Shown: in pieces, positions 58,794 through 64,000 of the stretch
Numbering within the stretch: position 1 is the first letter of the stretch
Layout: every line of letters begins with the position of its first letter
Assembly (NCBI GenBank): GCA_965219995.1
Contig: CBDCOX010000002.1
Location: forward strand, 608,001-672,000
DNA from: Candidatus Latescibacterota bacterium
GTDB lineage: Bacteria > Latescibacterota > UBA2968 > GCA-2709665
Direction: 5' to 3'
DNA length: 64,000 nt
The notes under the pieces: generated by a model
What the model was told of the DNA's origin: nothing
The model's database searches: none
The model's input: the letters and a program-made list of their open reading frames with translations, nothing else
Made by a program: the position numbers and the translations under genes

Positions 58794-59996
58794 GTGAAGC
58801 CGCCGCCGTCGACCGGGACGTTGAAGGGTGTCTTCGAAAAATTCCGGGACGGCGGGATCGCACGGTTCCGCAGGAGCCGGAAAACCCGCCCGTCCGGTGA
58901 GGAATCGGGAGCGCAGGTACTGGTGGCTTCCCAATGGCGGCTGATGTGGTGGAAGTTCCGGAAGCACCAGCTGGCCAAAATCGCGGGCGCGGTCCTGATC
59001 CTCTTCTATCTTGTGGCGGGATTCTGCGAATTCGTGGCGCCGCACGATCCGCACCGCCTGAATACGAAGTACATTCATGCGCCTCCTCAGAAGGTTCGGT
59101 TCATCGACGCCGACGGGGCGTTTCATTTCAGACCCTTCGTGTACCGGCACGTCCAACAGCGGGACCCGGTTACGCTCCGACTCTCCTACCACGAAGACCG
59201 TTCCCTGCGCCTGCCCATCCGGTTCCTTGTCGCCGGAGACCCGTATGCCCTCTGGGGATGGGTTCCCCTGCGGCGTCATCTGATCGGTCTTGAGGACGGA
59301 GAACGCCTGTTCCTGCTTGGCGCCGACCGCATGGGTCGGGACCTGCTGTCCCGCATCGCGTACGGGGCGCGCGTTTCGTTATCCATCGGATTGATCGGCA
59401 TTGCCATCAGTTTCGTTCTGGGTCTGATTATGGGTGGAATTTCAGGCTACTTCGGCGGCAGAATCGACGACGTCATCCAGCGGCTGATCGAGTTCATTAT
59501 GGGAATTCCGGGTCTGCCGCTGTGGATGACGCTCAGTGCCGCGCTTCCCCCTGACTGGCCGATCATCCGGGTCTACTTCGGCATTACGATCATTCTGGCG
59601 TTCGTGGGCTGGACCGGCCTGGCGCGCGTGGTCCGCGGGCGCTTTCTGGCGCTCCGGGAAGAAGATTTCGTGATGGCGGCACGGCTGGGGGGCGCCCGGG
59701 AGAGCCGGATCATCGCCAAACACATGGTGCCTTCGTTTATGAGTTACATCATCGCCGCGCTCACGCTGGCGGTTCCGCAGATGATCCTGGGTGAGACGGC
59801 GCTGAGCTTCATCGGGCTTGGGCTGCGTTCGCCCGCGATCAGCTGGGGAGTGCTCCTGCAGGATGCGATGAATATCCGGGCCGTGGCGCATTTTCCGTGG
59901 CTTCTGCTGCCGGGCGTGTTCGTCATTGTCGCCGTGCTGGCGTTCAACTTTCTGGGTGACGGGCTGAGAGACGCGGCCGATCCATATACCAGGTAG
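58794..59996 (+). CDS. Dpp/Opp-family ABC transporter permease (DppC-like); start uncertain
   Basis: LGADRMGRDLLSR..YGARVSL, EDFVMAA, ETALSFIGLG, FNFLGDGLRDAADP. Confidence 0.9.
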   Translation: MKPPPSTGTLKGVFEKFRDGGIARFRRSRKTRPSGEESGAQVLVASQWRLMWWKFRKHQLAKIAGAVLILFYLVAGFCEFVAPHDPHRLNTKYIHAPPQKVRFIDADGAFHFRPFVYRHVQQRDPVTLRLSYHEDRSLRLPIRFLVAGDPYALWGWVPLRRHLIGLEDGERLFLLGADRMGRDLLSRIAYGARVSLSIGLIGIAISFVLGLIMGGISGYFGGRIDDVIQRLIEFIMGIPGLPLWMTLSAALPPDWPIIRVYFGITIILAFVGWTGLARVVRGRFLALREEDFVMAARLGGARESRIIAKHMVPSFMSYIIAALTLAVPQMILGETALSFIGLGLRSPAISWGVLLQDAMNIRAVAHFPWLLLPGVFVIVAVLAFNFLGDGLRDAADPYTR

Positions 59997-60004
59997 GGGG
60001 GACG

Positions 60005-61006
60005 ATGGATCCATCGGTGTTGCTCGAAGTCCGTGACCTGCGCGCGTATTTCTTCTCCGACGAGGGTACGGTGCGGGCCGTGGACGGCGTGGATTTTCAG
60101 ATAATGAAGGGTGAGACCCTCGGCGTGGTCGGGGAGAGCGGCTGCGGCAAGAGCGTGACGGCGCAGTCCATCCTTCAGATTCTACCGAAGAACGGTCGGA
60201 TTGTCGAAGGCGAGGTGCTGCTGCACGTCAATGGAAAGGCCGTCGACCTGGCGGGATTGAAGCCGAACGGAAGGGAGATCCGGAATATCCGCGGCAAAGA
60301 GATCGCCATGATGTTTCAGGAGCCGATGACCTGCCTGAGTCCGGTCCATACGATCGGCAACCAGATCGAAGAGGCCATCCGGCTGCATCGCAGCGCGGAC
60401 CGGAAGGAGGCCAGGGAGATCGCGGTCGATATGCTGCGCAAATGCGGCATTCCGGAACCGGAGCGGAGGGTGGATGCCTATCCCCATCAGTTGAGCGGGG
60501 GCATGCGGCAGCGGGCGATGATTGCCATGAGTCTGTCCTGCCGGCCCCGTCTGCTGATCGCCGATGAGCCCACGACGGCGCTGGACGTCACAACGCAGGC
60601 GCAGATTCTGGACCTGCTGAGGGATCTGCAGGAGGAAATCCACACCTCCATCATGATGATTACGCACAATCTGGGCGTCGTCGCGGAACTGGCCGACCAC
60701 GCGATGGTGATGTACCTCGGAAAGGTCGTGGAGTTCGCACGCTGCGAGACGATCTTCAACGATCCCGGTCATCCGTACACCCGCGCCCTGCTGAAGTCCA
60801 TTCCCCGGCTGGGAAGCAAGGCGAAGGAAGGCCTGCTTTCGATCGAGGGATCGGTTCCGAACCCGTACGAATTGCCCTCCGGCTGCAAGTTCCATCCGCG
60901 GTGTCCGGACCGGATCGACGGCGTCTGCGACCGGTACGAGCCGGAGTTGACGACAATTGGTGCCGAACACGGCGTGAGTTGCTTCCTGTATTCCGAACCC
61001 GAATAG
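60005..61006 (+). CDS. ABC transporter ATP-binding protein (DppD-like)
   Basis: [38 protein letters not shown]. Confidence 0.93.
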   Translation: MDPSVLLEVRDLRAYFFSDEGTVRAVDGVDFQIMKGETLGVVGESGCGKSVTAQSILQILPKNGRIVEGEVLLHVNGKAVDLAGLKPNGREIRNIRGKEIAMMFQEPMTCLSPVHTIGNQIEEAIRLHRSADRKEAREIAVDMLRKCGIPEPERRVDAYPHQLSGGMRQRAMIAMSLSCRPRLLIADEPTTALDVTTQAQILDLLRDLQEEIHTSIMMITHNLGVVAELADHAMVMYLGKVVEFARCETIFNDPGHPYTRALLKSIPRLGSKAKEGLLSIEGSVPNPYELPSGCKFHPRCPDRIDGVCDRYEPELTTIGAEHGVSCFLYSEPE

Positions 61007-61079
61007 GGGAACAAACAGGAAGCACGCAGTCAACCTTTGCAAGATGCATTCCGTATCGCTCCGGTGCCATCGCGTATTG

Positions 61080-61200
61080 CAACGTGGTCATTGAGCTTGT
61101 CGAAATGCCCGTGTCTCACGATACGTTCAGCGCATAGCCGGGAGCCCGTCGCCGACCCTTCGACAGGCTCAGGGAGCGACTTCGGGCTCAGGCACATAGC
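61080..61200. repeat. Composite REP/MITE-like element, partial copy 3, inside the ABC operon
   Basis: AACGTGGTCATTGAGCTTGTCGAAATGCCCGT (matches about 21500-21532) and GCCGACCCTTCGACAGGCTCAGGGAGCG (inverse of about 56475-56502). Confidence 0.75.
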
Positions 61201-61304
61201 TGGCCGGGCCGTTCTGCGTCGGAGTTCCGTCATCCTGTTTCCGGGAGAGAAACCCGGTACCGGCATCTGCGCGTGAAGCCAACCACCCGCAAAGAAAGTT
61301 GACC

Positions 61305-62333
61305 ATGTCCGACAGCGAAACCGTTCTTCTGGACGTGAAGAACCTGCGCAAGCATTTCCCCATTACCGAAGGGTTCATGAAGCGGGTGGTGGGGCAGGTG
61401 AAGGCGGTGGACGGCGTCAGTTTCGCGGTGAAGAAACAGGAGACGCTGGGCCTGATCGGCGAGAGCGGGTGCGGCAAGACCACGGTGGGCCGGAGCATCC
61501 TGAGGGCGGTCGAACCCACCGGCGGAGAAGTGCTCTTCGAGGATCACGGACGGATGGTCGACGTCTGCGGCCTTTCACGGAGGGAGTTGAGGGCGTTTCG
61601 CAGGCATATGCAGATGGTGTTTCAGGACCCGTACTCCTCGCTGAATCCCCGGATGACCGTTTTCGATATCGTAGCGGAGCCGCTGGTGGTGAACCGGATC
61701 GCCCGGGGCGCCGAACTCGAGGACCGGGTCGCGGAGCTTCTCGGGGTCGTCGGACTGGACCCGCAGTTCATGCGCCGATATCCGCACGCGTTCAGCGGCG
61801 GGCAGCGTCAGCGGATCGGCGTCGCGCGGGCCCTGGCGTTGAACCCCAGGCTGATCATCGGCGATGAACCCGTTTCGGCGCTGGACGTGTCGGTCCAGGC
61901 CCAGGTGTTGAATCTGCTCCAGGAACTGCAGGAGCGGTTGGGGCTCACGTACCTGTTCATTTCTCACGATCTGGCGGTGGTGGAACACATCAGCGACCGG
62001 ATCGCCATCATGTACGTGGGTCAGATCGTGGAACTGGCGGACGAGGAGACGTTGTTCGCCACGCCCAGACACCCGTATACCGAAGCGCTGCTGTCGGCCG
62101 TACCCAAGCCCGATCCCGCGTACAGGAAGCGAAAGATCCTGCTGCAGGGCGAAGTAGCCGATCCGGCCAATCCGCCCACGGGATGCTATTTCCACCCCCG
62201 GTGTCCCTATGCCGAGGCCCTGTGCCGGGAGGAAACGCCGGAACTCGTCGACGTTTCGCCGCCGGAACAAGACCCTCATTACGTCCGCTGCCACTTCAGC
62301 GACACCCTGCAGCTGGCAGGAATCGACGCATGA
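61305..62333 (+). CDS. ABC transporter ATP-binding protein (DppF-like)
   Basis: [43 protein letters not shown]. Confidence 0.93.
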   Translation: MSDSETVLLDVKNLRKHFPITEGFMKRVVGQVKAVDGVSFAVKKQETLGLIGESGCGKTTVGRSILRAVEPTGGEVLFEDHGRMVDVCGLSRRELRAFRRHMQMVFQDPYSSLNPRMTVFDIVAEPLVVNRIARGAELEDRVAELLGVVGLDPQFMRRYPHAFSGGQRQRIGVARALALNPRLIIGDEPVSALDVSVQAQVLNLLQELQERLGLTYLFISHDLAVVEHISDRIAIMYVGQIVELADEETLFATPRHPYTEALLSAVPKPDPAYRKRKILLQGEVADPANPPTGCYFHPRCPYAEALCREETPELVDVSPPEQDPHYVRCHFSDTLQLAGIDA

Positions 62334-64000
62334 CGAAGTCGCGCAAACAATCCCGCCGGACGGCGGGTCTCGTGTTCCACGCCGTCATCCTTCTCGTGTG
62401 TCAGCTTTGTCTGACGGATTCCGTTCCGGCGTCGCCCGAGGCGTTGAAAGAAGCGCCGGTGCTGGGCGAACGCGTCCGGGCGGGACTACTCCCGCCGCTT
62501 CGGGAGCGTCTGCCCGAGTCGCCTGCAGTCGTGCTTCCCGTGGAGCGTACCGGCCGTTACGGCGGTACGTGGCGGCGCGTACACATGGGTATGCCGGACC
62601 GGGCCGGCTGGATGCGTCTCACGTACGATCCGCTCCTGCGCTGGTCGAAGGATTACGCAAGGGTCGAGCCCAATCTCGCCCGCTCGTGGGAGGTCTCGGA
62701 CGACGGAAGGGAATTTACGTTCAACTTGCGAAAAGGGATTCGCTGGTCCGACGGGGCGCCGTTTACCGCGGACGATTACATGTTCTGGTACGAAGACGTG
62801 ATCCTGAACGACGATCTGAATCCCGTCAAGCCAAGCTGGCTCACCATCGCCGGTGAACTCGGCGTTGTCGAACGCCTGGACGACCACACGATCCGGTTCC
62901 GCTTCGTGAAACCGAACGGCGTCATCCTGCAGTGGCTGGCATCGTGGACGGACGTGGTCGCGGGACCGGCGCCGAAGCACTACCTCAAGCGGTTCCATCC
63001 GAACTATGTACCGGAATCGGTACTGGATTCCATTGTGTTCGCGGAAGGCTATGACACGTGGATGGCGCTGTACGAAACCAAGAGCAGTGCGTTTCTGAAT
63101 CCCGACCGGCCCGTTCTTTGCGCATGGCAGGCGAGAACCGGCGCGGACGCGGCCATCTTCATCGCGGAGCGCAATCCCTACTACTGGAAGGTGGACCCGG
63201 AAGGCAATCAGCTGCCGTACATCGACCGGGTGGAAATGACGCTCGTACAGAGCGCTGAGACGGTGACGCTCAAGGCCATCGCCGGACAGATCGATATGCA
63301 GAGCCGGCGGGTCGAATTCATGAATTATCCGTTGCTGATGGAGCACCGCGAAAGCGGCGGATACCGCGTTCTGCGGTGGAAGCCGGCCACCACGGGGCAG
63401 GGAACCGTCTATCTGAATCAGAACTATTCCCACCAGGATTCCGTGATGGGCGCCCTGCTCAGGAACCGCACGTTCAGGCGGGCGCTGTCTCTGGGCATTG
63501 ACCGACGGCAGATGATCGACCTGTTCTACATGGGTGTGACCGAGCCCAGGCAGGTGGTCCCGTATACCGATGAATTGCACGGTGTGCCTGGTACCGATAC
63601 AATGTACACTTCGTTCGATCCGGATCAGGCGAACCGCCTTCTGGACGAAGTCGGACTCGACAGGCGGGACAGTGCGGGATACCGGCTGCGTCCGGATGGC
63701 AAAAGACTGAAGTTCACGATTGCCGGATTCACGCCTGGAAACGCTTACGTGGACGTGGCCGAACTGCTGGCAACGCAGTGGATCGCGCTGGGCATCCAGT
63801 CAACGGTCAAGCCCGAAGACGTGGCCTTGTGGGTGACGCGCGCCACGGCAGGGGAACACCACGTCTCCGTGTATGCCGCATCCGGGGGGTTCCGGCCGAT
63901 GATGGATCCGGTCTGGTTCTTCCCCTCGGCGTCCACGGCCTACTGGGCGCCGCTGCACGGGCTCTGGTACACCAGCGGCGGGAGGGCCGGAGAAAAACCG
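62330..64000 (+). CDS. Family 5 ABC substrate-binding protein (partial, runs off the window)
   Basis: Manual translation MTKSRKQ...[22 protein letters not shown]...GRYGGTWR...[17 protein letters not shown]...[21 protein letters not shown]; ATGA overlap with the upstream gene. Confidence 0.9.
   Translation, partial: MTKSRKQSRRTAGLVFHAVILLVCQLCLTDSVPASPEALKEAPVLGERVRAGLLPPLRERLPESPAVVLPVERTGRYGGTWRRVHMGMPDRAGWMRLTYDPLLRWSKDYARVEPNLARSWEVSDDGREFTFNLRKGIRWSDGAPFTADDYMFWYEDVILNDDLNPVKPSWLTIAGELGVVERLDDHTIRFRFVKPNGVILQWLASWTDVVAGPAPKHYLKRFHPNYVPESVLDSIVFAEGYDTWMALYETKSSAFLNPDRPVLCAWQARTGADAAIFIAERNPYYWKVDPEGNQLPYIDRVEMTLVQSAETVTLKAIAGQIDMQSRRVEFMNYPLLMEHRESGGYRVLRWKPATTGQGTVYLNQNYSHQDSVMGALLRNRTFRRALSLGIDRRQMIDLFYMGVTEPRQVVPYTDELHGVPGTDTMYTSFDPDQANRLLDEVGLDRRDSAGYRLRPDGKRLKFTIAGFTPGNAYVDVAELLATQWIALGIQSTVKPEDVALWVTRATAGEHHVSVYAASGGFRPMMDPVWFFPSASTAYWAPLHGLWYTSGGRAGEKP

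Overview
GC-rich bacterial chromosome segment. Calx-beta/FN3/WD40 surface proteins, 'DxNGDGxVDFxDF' dockerin-like modules and a PhyH-HEAT fusion suggest a Latescibacterota/Gemmatimonadota-like organism, possibly a sponge symbiont (inference only). 1-26.5 kb and 54.5-64 kb are housekeeping and catabolic genes (nadB, guaA, glnA, hrcA-grpE-dnaJ, metG, mraY, M20 hydrolases, GGT, GH5, a Dpp/Opp ABC operon). 26.7-54.2 kb is an accessory block ending at the 3' side of tRNA-Glu(CTC). Two candidate undescribed systems stand out. (1) A Met-codon leader peptide (MYMM) with antiterminator and terminator precedes a MetRS that has only 3 Met residues and KIGKS in place of KMSKS. (2) A cassette of a soluble all-in-one kinase-REC-winged-helix regulator, a conserved TCAC-box promoter and a divergent giant surface protein occurs three times in different states of decay, including a clean IS1380 insertion. 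There is also a modular REP/MITE-like repeat family and a small toxin-immunity-like gene pair.
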